From the NCBI GenBank assembly GCA_000004985.1, contig GG738854.1: a stretch of DNA of 64,000 nt, one strand, 5' to 3'. Below are positions 45,127 to 56,264 of the stretch, piece after piece. This DNA comes from Naegleria gruberi. Lineage: Eukaryota. Numbering within the stretch: position 1 is the stretch's first letter; every line of letters starts with the position of its first letter. The translations under genes and the position numbers were made by a program. Under the pieces are notes generated by a model. The model was given only the letters and a program-made list of their open reading frames with translations, was not told where the DNA came from and ran no database searches.

Positions 45127-46206
45127 TTAATGCTTGTCTGTGATGAGATAGGATAATTGGAGAGCTTCGTTCTCTGTTAAAATTCCATCACCATCCAAAT
45201 CGTAAGGTGAGAGAACTCCCTTGCAAATGTGGTAATGTGTCTCCACTTCAGAGACTTGTATTTTACCTTCCACTTTCAATTGTTCAATTGATTTTCTGAC
45301 TCTCTTTTTCCATTCTTCCAATTCATGCAAATCTTCAATATTAGGAATGCTTAGCATTTGGTATTGATTCATTTTGGAGAAACCAGTTTCTGTTTTCTCA
45401 TGTCTGAACTTTTCCAAATCTGCTAAAAAATCCTTCTTCACCATTGATATGGGTGGAGATTCTACATTATCAATATAATTGCTCAATTTTGGAATTACAT
45501 CCTTCTTCCACTGATCAACTGACTTGTTCATTACTTCTTCGTATAATTGTTTGAAAATCCAAGCTTTGATATTTTGTCGAACAAGGTATTGAGGGTGAAT
45601 TAATAAATCAAAAACAGTTTCCAAATCCAACTTGTTGAGATAAACTGCTGCATAGGCAACACAAGCTCTATTACTCAGAAGTGAGTCCTTTGTTTCTATA
45701 TTTATGAGATTTCTCAAGAGTGGTTTAATTTCCTTATCTATCACAACAGTTTGACATCCTACACAAGCACTTAATTTCAAGGCATAATTTGGTGTATCAA
45801 TTGAACTGTTTGGCAATTTAAGGGCTCTTTTGATCATATCTGCTCTCATTGTTTCCGAAAGAATAACAAACGGATTCATCAGTAAATTACAAAGAGATTG
45901 GAAAGGATAAAATTCATTATCAGAAGATTCTGGCAATTTTCTAGTTCCTCTCAAATCAGCAGATATAAACCCGTGATCTATTATTTGCTTGAAAATATCC
46001 TCATGGTCTTGTAACGTTTCCTTCGTTAATCCTCTCCTCAACTTTTGCATATTATCAACATCTCTTGCCCTCAAAAATCCCATAACACTCTCCTCACAAC
46101 CACTTCCAAGATCCGACAAGTTTGCTCCCGAAGAAAACATTGATAAGGAATCACTCACCGACGATGATGACGTTAAGTGTTCGCTGTTATTGTTATTGTT
46201 GCTCAT
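45127..46206 (-). CDS. Hypothetical protein with a C-terminal EF-hand.
   Basis: Canonical EF loop DLDGDGILTENE near the C-terminus. Poly-N N-terminus. ATG at 46206. Confidence 0.6.
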   Translation of the reverse strand: MSNNNNNSEHLTSSSSVSDSLSMFSSGANLSDLGSGCEESVMGFLRARDVDNMQKLRRGLTKETLQDHEDIFKQIIDHGFISADLRGTRKLPESSDNEFYPFQSLCNLLMNPFVILSETMRADMIKRALKLPNSSIDTPNYALKLSACVGCQTVVIDKEIKPLLRNLINIETKDSLLSNRACVAYAAVYLNKLDLETVFDLLIHPQYLVRQNIKAWIFKQLYEEVMNKSVDQWKKDVIPKLSNYIDNVESPPISMVKKDFLADLEKFRHEKTETGFSKMNQYQMLSIPNIEDLHELEEWKKRVRKSIEQLKVEGKIQVSEVETHYHICKGVLSPYDLDGDGILTENEALQLSYLITDKH

Positions 46207-46301
46207 TACTATAGTAAATAGATATCTATTGGTTATAAGGGCGAAGCGTTGGGTTTTTTTTTAAAGTTTTTTTATGATACTTTTTAATTGTACAGAAAAA
46301 A

Positions 46302-46313
46302 GGCGCCAAATTT
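46302..46313. promoter_or_regulatory. E2F-like site GGCGCCAAATTT (TTTGGCGCC), about 100 bp upstream of the EF-hand gene at 46206 (minus strand).
   Basis: aaaaaGGCGCCAAAtttc is a GC island in an AT-rich intergenic region. Confidence 0.3.
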
Positions 46314-46371
46314 CAATGCCAATTTTGTAGGTTGCCATAAATCCAATAAAATTCATGGAATTAAAGAAATT

Positions 46372-47784
46372 AGTGTGGCCGGAAAGATTTCTGGCTGGGG
46401 TATTCTAGGAAAGAGTTTCTTAAAGAAATCTTTCCTGGAAAATCCAGTAAGCAACATAAAAATGGAAGCAATGCTTCCTTAATAGTTTTGAGTCCGAAGC
46501 TAATTGCACAGTTTTGAGCCTCAAAGACATCAAAAGAATATTCACAGCAAACTCAACAAAGAAGTACCTTGCATTCATAAAAAATATCAATTTTATGAGT
46601 AGCTTATTTTCGGAGTGGTTCTTCATCTTCCCACTCCAAGAATTGAACCTCATCATCTATACATCATCAATATAATAGTAATAATAGTAGTTTTATGTGG
46701 AAGTTTATCGTTATGGAATTAGATAGTAATTTTGATATTGGAAAAATTCAAGTTGGTGAATCATCATCAGAACACACACCAACCATCATCATTAATTTTT
46801 ACCATCATTATAACAATAGTATTTGTAGACTTTAATTTGAGAATAGTATTATTTTGACAAAAGTTAATTTTTCACTAAATTGGCCAATATCTTCCGATGT
46901 ACTGGACCATTATCAGAAATTCAAATGTGGGATTATTTGTAATAGTATATAGCAATACATATTCGAGTTTCATAGATTGGAATTTTGTTTTCATCAAGAT
47001 AGGTACATGTATATATTCAAAATAATATTGACCATATTTCAACATGTACTTCATCATCAACCAAACTTTCTTCGAATAGTACCATTCAAATACTTCATCA
47101 ACAACACTCCGAATAATAGTTTTTGGATATTTGGAGTTTTCACCTTGTTGGTGGTGTATTCATCATTCACCATATATTTTCATCATGATGATTGAATTTC
47201 AACAACATAGTATCATTAGTAGGGATGTCTAATATCACCATCAAGAGAGTTGGAATTTTTCCACTTAGTATTCATAGAGTTGTGGAATTTTCACTTCATC
47301 ATATCTTTTATCATCAATATCATCAGCAAGTCCACTTCCGATCATTAAGGTAAATATCTTAATGGTCATCATCATCACACCATCAATAAAATTCACTAAT
47401 GGTGAATTTTCCAACAAGGTAAATTTCAAGGTCGTAAATCTTGCTGATTTTCCACCTTGAATTATTTCAATAATTAAATAAAATTATATTTTTATTATTA
47501 GCATTGTGTTTTCTTGTAGCAACATCTGTTTTATGTATTCTCCACTTGATTTCATCAAATAAAATAGTAAATTAGAACATGATGTCTTTTCCTAATATCA
47601 TTGGTTTGCTGCTTCAGAACAAAAAATTACAAATTAAGGTGGATTCTTCACATACAGTCACTTTTGCCATTATGGTAACAACTCAAATAAGGATGAATCA
47701 ATATTGTTTACTGGAATTTCCAGGAAACTTTTTTCAGCGAAACTCTTTCCTGGAAAGACCAGAGGAAAAATCTTTCCGGCTACA
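46372..47784. mobile_element. Non-autonomous DNA-transposon-like element of 1413 bp, with terminal inverted repeats of about 72 bp and a 5-bp target-site duplication ATTAG.
   Basis: Left end: TGTGGCCGGAAAGATTTCTGGCTGGGG...AAAGAGTTTCTTAAAGAAATCTTTCCTGGAAAATCCAG. Reverse complement of right end: tGTAGCCGGAAAGATTTTTCCTCTGG...AAAGAGTTTCGCTGAAAAAAGTTTCCTGGAAATTCCAG. These are about 75% identical. Flanking ATTAG sits at 46367-46371 and 47785-47789. The interior (about 46690..47100) is about 75% similar to the 25900..26330 and 63600..64000 repeat. There is no long ORF. Confidence 0.7.
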
Positions 47785-47919
47785 ATTAGGAAAGATTACA
47801 ATTTGTGAATTTTGAAAGTGTGAAAAGAGCAACTTAATGGTCAACCAAGAATGAGGAACTGGCTGCCAAGATCGGTCACATGTCAATAACTTGAATCATG
47901 CAAAAAACATTAAAAAAAA

Positions 47920-48561
47920 ATGAGAATTAGACCATCTCACTTTCGTCGTTTATTCCCAGACGAATGTTCTATTCGAATGGTCGCTTTTTTTCTTCTCCTA
48001 ATCATTAGCATTATCCTTTGCATTGCTTGCCTTATCGGAACGATTATTACCTATTCCCTCTATCAAGGAGAGGATCCAAAATATTGGACACTTGACCGTG
48101 ATCCATTTACGATGGTTTTTGCACATACAAATTCATGTTATGTGAAAGACGTTGTTTGTTCGAGGAGATATTGTGATATATATATGGAATTTCCACTTCT
48201 TACTAGTATTGTCTTTTGGAATTATTCGTCATTGGCTAAAGTTTCACCTGGTGTAGTTTATGATATTTCGAATAGTTTTGATTATGCCAAAATATCTCCA
48301 AATATTACACTAGAAAAGAATATATTGTATGGAACAGCAAGAACTTCGGATCAATTTACAAGTATGCTTGGAAAAACTATTACATGTTTTACAGATTATT
48401 CTGAAAAGGTATACATTAGTCCAATAATTCCAGCCAGTAATGTAAATTATGAATTAGGAAATGCTGGGCTAGCTACTGCAATTTGTAGTGGAATATTCTT
48501 TTTGACTTCATTAGGAATGGTGTTTATTTACTTTTTTTGTGGTTGGCTTTATAAAACCTAG
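47920..48561 (+). CDS. Small membrane protein with N- and C-terminal TM helices, hypothetical.
   Basis: ATG after taaaaaaaaa. TM1: VAFFLLLIISIILCIACLIGTIITY. TM2: AICSGIFFLTSLGMVFIYFFCGWLY. Confidence 0.55.
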   Translation: MRIRPSHFRRLFPDECSIRMVAFFLLLIISIILCIACLIGTIITYSLYQGEDPKYWTLDRDPFTMVFAHTNSCYVKDVVCSRRYCDIYMEFPLLTSIVFWNYSSLAKVSPGVVYDISNSFDYAKISPNITLEKNILYGTARTSDQFTSMLGKTITCFTDYSEKVYISPIIPASNVNYELGNAGLATAICSGIFFLTSLGMVFIYFFCGWLYKT

Positions 48562-48678
48562 TTTCATAATTTTCAATTCGGTACCAAGAGCTTGGGATAG
48601 ACAAGCTTATCGAATCATCTCAGAAATACGAGAAGTTCCAAAAAAAGATAATTCGACAGAATAATACCAAGTAGTATT

Positions 48679-50863
48679 TTATTTCTTCTTTGGTATTTCA
48701 CCATTAGATGAGGAAGTTCTCTTTCTCTTCTTTTCATAGGTTGAGTTATTCGTTTCAGTAGTGCTTAGTTTTGATTCATTTTTTTCTGGATTGGAAACAG
48801 TATCACGTATGGAAGGAAAGAAATATGATCTGTAATCTTGTGTATCGACTATATCTGTAATGCCAAGTAATGCCAAGCATTCTCTTGTGGTAGGTCTTTT
48901 CTTTCTTTCTATGGCCACCATTTGTTTAAGCATGTCAAATAGCATACTACCCTTATTGGGCTCTAGCTCGTGGCATTTGATTGAAATTGTTTGCCATATT
49001 TCATCAGCAGTATTTTCCAACCGTTTCTTATCTATATCATTTTCTAATATCAATTCAATAAAAACTAAACCAAGAGAGTAGATATCAGTTTTTGGATGAA
49101 TAAAGTTTTTCCCTGTGGATTCCTTTTCAGGAGCATTGTAAGAAGAGGTTCCAGCAGTTGACTGTATCCACAAGTTTACGAATTTGCAAGTATCTCCATC
49201 TTCAATGTCAAAACGCTTGGCTAGTTCAAAATCAATGAATTTACAAAAAACGTTTGGGCCTTTTTTTTGGTCGACATTTGTTTCCTTAATAACTGTCGAT
49301 TTTAAATGATCCTCTTCTAATATTATAATATTACTAGGTTTAATGTCATTGTGTATTATCTTTCTTGAGTGAATGTGGTCAATTTCAAGCAGCAGTTGAG
49401 AAATAATGTGCAATTTTTCTTGGTGTGATCGTTTGTTAACAGTATTGAGCTCGGTTCCTGCAATTGATATCTCGATATGTTCTTTACAAACTACATCATT
49501 CACAGTTACTCTGTCATGAAGAAGAAATATATTTCCAATATCAATCCATTCTGGTTTTTCCGAAAGGAAAATCTTTACAAACACTGGTTGAGAGGAATGA
49601 TCAAGCACACCATAGAACATGTCTTTGGTAGCAGTACCTCTTCCTTGACCAGTACTTATCTCGAAAAGATACTCCTGAAGTGTGATAGTTGTTGTAAGCA
49701 CTGTGTCTAATGATGTCGTGAGATGAATCACCAACTTATCACCCTGTGAAATATCAGATCCACTTTCAATAGAACTTTCCATTCTCTTTCTTCCCATAGA
49801 CTCTTTGGTAATTGTGTCGATAAGAATGTTCTCTTCAAAATTAGCTTGTCTACTTGCCTCTAGTAAGAATGAAATAAATGTGTCAAGTAATTGTTTCTCC
49901 TCTGTCGTTGAAGGGTCAAGTGGAAACATCCCAACATTAAATAATTGATATTTGTATCTTTTCTTGATACGTGAAGTTTGTGGAACAAAAGCTTTAATTC
50001 CCAGCACACGAATAAACCTCTTCTCTGTCAGTAATCCATAAGTAACCAGTTTGTCGATTTGGATTGCATGTTTTTCAGAGGGCTTTATGTTTTTAAGTAA
50101 GGTGCCATGAACCATTCTTATTAGAGCCACTACCTTCAAGAAATCAGGGTGAGCAGTCTCGAAGTCTACCTTGTCCTCATGCCCAAACTTTAGACGATTG
50201 AAAGGAACGTCTTTCTCATTCTTTAATTCTAATCCGGAAAAATTATCAGGTGAAATAGTGCCCTGCAGTAAGTTTGCTACTTCCTTGCTGAGATATCTCG
50301 AGTTTTTTATCAAATTGCTGATAGAAACATTTCTAAATTGTTCTGAGCTCTATAATGTTTGGTTAAAAAACTTACTCATTAATTTTGAAGCCGTAGAGAG
50401 TAGGTAGTTGTAATAGTTTGTGGTATTTGGTGTTATTGGTATGAAACATTTCCTCTCCCAAAGAATGCATTTTGGTTGGGTGTAAGCAATCGGATAAAAG
50501 TTGAAAAGCTGCACTCAAATCTATCAAGTTGAAAACATCGACAACATGCCCAAATTTTTCAATGACCAAACGATAATGTGTGGAAATGGCTTCATTGTCC
50601 TGTTTGAGATTGTCAATGAGGCAGAACAATTGTTCTATGAAATTTCGAAAGTCGGTTATCACAGATACTTTTTGTATTGCAGCATGGAGGTTGTGATCCA
50701 AATGATGATGACGATCTGAAAGCCAAGTTACTTGCAATAAATCCTCTGCAATACAGAGTTTGTGGTTGAATTCTTCGGAGCCTTCTCTCCAGATATCTTT
50801 GCGAAGATCGAGGTTCTTTTTCTTGTGGAGTTCCTCAAGCTTTTCATCAAAGGATTTTGTCAT
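48679..50863 (-). CDS. Divergent cytoplasmic protein kinase with a non-kinase N-terminal region of about 400 aa. Two exons: 50863..50376 and 50332..48679.
   Basis: The 43-nt intron 50333..50375 (GTAAGT...AATTTAG) joins ...LYGFKINE to NVSISNLIKNSRYL in frame. The kinase core is atypical: HNDIKPSNIIIL (HND not HRD), DFELAKRF (DFE not DFG), SYNAPE. There is no clear GxGxxG. ATG after aaaaaaaa. An E2F-like site lies about 20 bp upstream. Confidence 0.6.
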
Positions 50864-50883
50864 TTTTTTTATCAGGCAATTTA

Positions 50884-50893
50884 AGCGCGAAAT
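50884..50893. promoter_or_regulatory. E2F-like site AGCGCGAAAT (TTTCGCGC on the other strand), about 20-30 bp upstream of the ATG of the 50863 minus-strand kinase gene.
   Basis: ttaAGCGCGAAAtttag lies immediately 5' of the ATG. Confidence 0.35.
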
Positions 50894-51071
50894 TTAGTCA
50901 AATACATTAAGGCAAGACTTGTACCAATATACAATGTACTTACATTGACTCGTTTCGAACGAAATGAAGAATACTGACATGACGATGGCAGATTACTATA
51001 ATTATGGCTTGTTATGCGTTACAAATCCTTCAGAAAGATATTCCTTACTTTATTTGAATAAATAATTAATT

Positions 51072-52537
51072 TCAATAATCTTGCTGGGCAAGGAGAATGA
51101 TAACTTGAGAGGCAAGGGACATGTCATGAAGTGAAACGAATTCGCTCTGTGAAAATGTAAACTTGAATGAAAAATTCAGTAAAAACTTACAGTTGAGTGG
51201 AAATTGTGGCCACCTGCGAAAATGTTAGCAGTTGGAAGACCCATCCAACTCAATTGAGAACCGTCAGTTCCTCCTCTAATAGAAACTTGCTTAACTTCCT
51301 CAATATTCAATTCCTTATAGGTTTCGATAATGCTCTTTTCCAAGTATGGATACTTGTCAATGATTTGTCTCATATTTCTGTATTGCTTGGTGAAAGTTGT
51401 TTCGATGGTTGCATTTTGATGTTCAGATTGAAGTTTGGCAACAATTTCCTTGATAATTTTTTGATAATTTTCCAAACCTTCATCATCAAAAGCTCTCAAT
51501 AAACATCTAATAGTTGACTTGTCAACATTTCCATTAAAATCCATACAGTGAATGAATCCTTGTCTGTCCTTGCTTACTTCTGGTGTTAAAACTTGATCAT
51601 TTGAAAATATCAAATCCAAAAATTTAGAAGCGACTTTGAGAGAGTTGACCATTCTACCATATGAATATCCTGGGTGAATGTTAAATCCTTTGAAAACCAA
51701 GGTAACAAGATCAGCACTGAAAGATTCAATATTATAGGTTCCAACTTCAGCTCCATCAGCAGTAAAAGCAACATCAGCACCAAACTTGGTTAAATTGAAA
51801 TAGTGTGGTCCTCTTCCAATTTCCTCATCAATAGTAAAAGCAATCTTAATATCACCATGTTTAATACTTGGATTATTCACTAAATATTCAACAGCAACCA
51901 TCATTTCAGCAACTCCTGATTTGTCATCCGATCCCAACAATGTTTCTCCACTGGCAGTCACAATATCATGTCCAATCATTTTAGCAAGCGATTTTCCATC
52001 AATTGCATACTCTACAATTGTTTTTCCATTCACAACCAAATCATTGCCGTCCTTATAATTTCTATGAACAATTGGCTTGACATTTGCTCCACTAAGCTCT
52101 GTAGCAGTGTCCATATGTGCCAAAAATCCAATATTTGTCTTTCTTTCGACATTTCCTGGCAAGACAGCATATACATTTCCATATTGATCCATTTCAGCTT
52201 GCAAATTCAAAGCTTTCAACTCATCAAGTAAAACCCGTGCAAAAATTAATTGTTTTTCAGTGCTCGGAACAGAAGCAGAAAGTGCATCACTCTGTGTATC
52301 AAATGTTACATAGTGCAGGAAACGTTCTTCCAATCGTTTTCTCATCCAATCTTGTTCCGTGATGGAAAATTTGGAATTTTCATAAATTAATTTTTTAATA
52401 TTTGATGGTGATGATTGTTCTCCGTTGAGTCCGATCTGGATGGATTCTTCCTGTGTTGCTGCGATGACGGAATAAGAAGCAAGCAACAAGAGGAGAAGCA
52501 AGGGAATAAATTGTTTCATTTTTTTTGTAATCAACAT
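51072..52537 (-). CDS. Peptidase T-like (M20B tripeptide aminopeptidase) with an N-terminal signal peptide. Two exons: 52537..51191 and 51146..51072.
   Basis: Signal-like MKQFIPLLLLLLLASYSVIAA. M20 motifs: LAHMDTATE, GSDDKSGVAEMM, IDEEIGRGPHYF, GGTDGSQLSWMGLP, GGHNFHST. The 44-nt intron 51147..51190 (GTAAGT...TTTCACAG) joins HNFHST to SEFVSLHDMSLASQVIILLAQQDY*, which is a typical PepT C-terminus. An alternative start is the ATG at 52519. Confidence 0.75.
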
Positions 52538-52712
52538 TTATACCAGTTTACAATATAAACTCAACTCTGATTCTACTCTTGGTGTTGTTCCAATCAATTA
52601 AGAATAAGGGAACAGAGAACATCAGTTGTTTTTTGAGTTTTTGATATTCGAAAGATCAAATACTTTAGATATCTAAAGGAATAGACTTAAATGCAAATGA
52701 TAGAAGACGGAT

Positions 52713-55700
52713 TTACATGAAAAGTGGGCTATCATCACATAATCTGGCAATTTCATACAAATGTTGGATAATTTCCTCAAAGCTTGGTCTTTCATTTGGG
52801 AGCTGATGCCAACACTGTTGCACTAGTTTGATATACTTGGAAACACCTTCAACAAATAGATTGCTGTTCTCATTATTGATTGGTTGAATAAATAATCTTG
52901 TCCATTCCTTCAATTGTTCATCATTTGAGAAGGGAATGTTTGGTCTTTTTCCTCTCACTATCTGGGTAATAACTGTTAGACTGTTACAATCTGACATCTC
53001 TGTAAAATAGTTCATCTTTTTGTGATTGTGAGTCGTATAAGGAACTTCTTCAAAAAAGAGTGACCACATAATAATTCCAAACGAATAGACATCAATCTTG
53101 GATGCATTCTTGATTCTTTCCTCTTTTGATAAGGAAGATCCTCCAAATGTACCTGATCCAATTGATGAATTACTATTCATATTTGAATTGGAATAATGGA
53201 TGGAGTCGGTAGCGTTTGAGAATCCAGAGAACTGTTCATTTTCAAAAAGCTCAGAATTATTAGAAACTCCAGAATCAAAATTCTCTGGAAATATTTGTTT
53301 AACACAGTGAAACTAGAATAAAACTTACCTGGAGGGCAATATAGAAGTGTACCAATGTTCAATGTCATACTAGTTTCAAACATGTTATTTCCAACAATTC
53401 TTGAAAGTCCAAAATCACAAATCTTTACACAATTTTTATCATCAAGAAGTACGTTTGCAATTTGAATGCCAGAATTCAATAAATTGTAATATAAATTACA
53501 TACCTGGTTTCAAATCACGATGACAAATCATATTTGGTTTAAGTGAATGCAAATAGGACATTCCTCTACTCACTCCCATCAAAATATCCAATTTCTGTTT
53601 CATAGTCAACTTTTGGCGACCAACTTTGCATTCACTGATTAGTTTTTCCAAACTACCTCCTTTCATGAATTCAATCACCATATATTTCTGGTTCTTGTTT
53701 GGAACACAAAAACCGTACATTGTAACTATTTCATCTTAAGTTATTTGAAACATAGGGGAATATTACATACCAATATTAGGATGTCTCAAACTAATTAAAA
53801 GTGCTCCTTCTCGTTCAAAAACATCTTCGTCATCTTGGTCCTTGATTGATTTAATTGCTACTTCAATTCCTTTCCATAATCCTTGATAAATCATTGATTG
53901 ACCTCCTTCTCCAATACGTTTCTGAATTGTAATATCCTCGGTTGGAATAATAAATGACGCCTTACTGTTAGGTCTATCCTCAGACTCTTCGAAAATAATC
54001 TTCTTATCAAGTAATACCCTTTCCATTTCAGATTCAGCTCTGGTTCGTTTTCTCAGTAGCTTTGATTTGTATCTAGCAACACAAAGTCCAATTAATCCAA
54101 TACAAGTGGTAATCAATGTCACTGCTGCTAAGCTTGTGACTAGAGGGAGAATGTAAAAAATGTTCACACAACCTGGTGCCTCATATCTATAGAAAGAAGG
54201 GCAAGAATCGAGAATAATATCCACCGTATAAGTTACTCTCTCATAGGTTACTGAAAGCTGCACACTTCTTGCTTCCTTGACTTCAGAATTTGAATACAAG
54301 CTAAAAGGCAGCCTGAAATCAGTATTGTTTGAGGAATCTGTCTTTAAAAACAGACTAGAATCACTAACTTGAAGAGTAATTGGAACCTTAGGTGTTTCAA
54401 TTAATCTTCCAAAAATGTTTCTTGCCTCAATCTCAATAATAAATTTTTGCCCCAAATAGGCTTTTTGAGTACCATTATAAACCGTGTGAGGATTGACATC
54501 AAGCTCAATAACTTTGTACTCAAATTCAAAACAAGGAGAGGAAATAGAGTCGTCATTGTCATAATAGTATTCTTCATTGATATAAATGGACCTATTACTG
54601 AGCACTTCTGAGTATCCAATTTTTCCATATTTTGCAGTGTTTGCATAAAAGACATTACTTGGAGTAATCGTGACCCGTATCTCTTTTGGTGCTTCCCCAA
54701 AGAAAATTACACCTCCCTTCTTTGCTATGTTTCGTTCAAAGTAACTTGTACTTATTTCAGAACTTCCTGTTACATAGAGTGCACCTCCTATGGTGTTTTC
54801 ATTTCCATTTCCAATAAATTTCGAGCCATCCACAGATAACACGTTTATATCGTATTTCGCACGAGACCTATATTCATAAAATATCGCTGAGCCCTTTGGA
54901 GCAACGTTATTGTAAAACTCACAATTCTTGACATGAAAAATAGCACTTGATTCAATATAAATTGATGATGTAGTGCAATTTAAAAATCTGGAATTTTGCA
55001 CAGTAGAAGATTTTTCGAAATAGTCATTGGATGGAATAATAGTATCATACGAAATTACATAATATATTGCTCCATTATAAGCATTTGGTTTCACATTAAT
55101 AAATTCTGAATGATCAACAAGGAAATAATGAATATCTTGCATGTGTAAACAAGTTGCAGAAATGTTGTTACATGACAGGTTTGTAATTTGTAACTCTTTG
55201 CATGTACTGATAAATATCATACTGCCTTGTGTGTTACTGTCATAGACTCTAACATTGTCAATCACTAGTTTGACGATAGAGGATACAAATAGCCAATTGG
55301 TTCCCATTGAAATGTTACTGTTAGTTATGTATGCGTCAATGGAATATCCAATATATAATACAGGATATCCTATTGCAAACGTTCCAATATAATCAATATT
55401 GTCAATAATTATTTCATTAGATTCAATGATTGAAAGTATAGAATCATCTCCAGTATCACACTCAAGTATTTTAACATCATCTACCCTTTCAATGAAGAGT
55501 TTGGCTTTCAGAGCAGAGTTTGTAATTTGCAAAATTCTTGAATTTCCTATAAAAGTATCCCCTCTGATTGTCACATGATCAAGCTCAATAATATCATAGT
55601 TAGCCATTCTCAAGTTTGTATCTGATATATCAACTTGTTGAAATATTGATACAGTTCCTTTTCTTGGTGAAAGAACCATTTGATTATTATATGTAAATTC

Positions 55701-56264
55701 ACCAAATTTCAAAAGTGATGCACTGAATTTACAATTTGTAAATGTTGCTTTGGGTGCACTCGTCAACGACATAGCAACATTGGTAAATCCAATATCTTGT
55801 GCCTCCACTGAAATGATGTTATTTTGATCAGTAAGAAGAGTTTGCCTTCCAACATGACAAACAATTGAGGCCATACCAGAATTCAATCCATTCTCAAATC
55901 TAACTCGATAACTAAAACCAGTTCTCTTATAAAAAGAAGGAACCTGACATTGATTCTCTGCTTGAATCCTAAAAACCACCGAGATAATAGTCTCTCCAAA
56001 CATCATTGTTTTTACCATATTATTCAAATGATTAACAGCACTACTCATATAATTACACAAATACTTTCCAGCACCTCCGGTACATGATGAACTAAATATC
56101 GAACTGATTGTATACTGATAACTCCTTTCCGAAACTCCAAGTACCAAATTATTATTTTCATTAATTATATTAGTACACAATAAAACAACAATGATCATCA
56201 AGTAATAAATTATTCTTGATGAACCCGAAGCGACTCTCCTTCTTGTATTCGTCATCACCATCAT
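52713..56264 (-). CDS. Receptor-like TKL kinase with a Pmp-like beta-helix ectodomain. Exons: 56264..53771, 53725..53504, about 53457..53329, and 53285..52713. The exon 2 to exon 3 junction is non-canonical.
   Basis: Signal anchor MMVMTNTRRRVASGSSRIIYYLMIIVVLLCTNII. Ectodomain repeats: NGAIYYVIS, KGSAIFYEY, GGALYVTGS, KGGVIFFGE. TM: LPLVTSLAAVTLITTCIGLIGLCVA. Kinase: IGEGGQSMIYQGLWKGIEVAIK, HPNI|VTMYGFC (45-nt intron 53726..53770), HRDLKP|ANVLLDD, DFGLSRI, LLYCPPG|ENF (43-nt intron 53286..53328), DVYSFGIIMW. Confidence 0.7.

Noticed and set aside
46288-46656. ORFs of 64 and 78 aa at the left end of the TIR element.
   Set aside because: They overlap the terminal inverted repeat of the non-autonomous element and have no start context or homology. 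Not genes.
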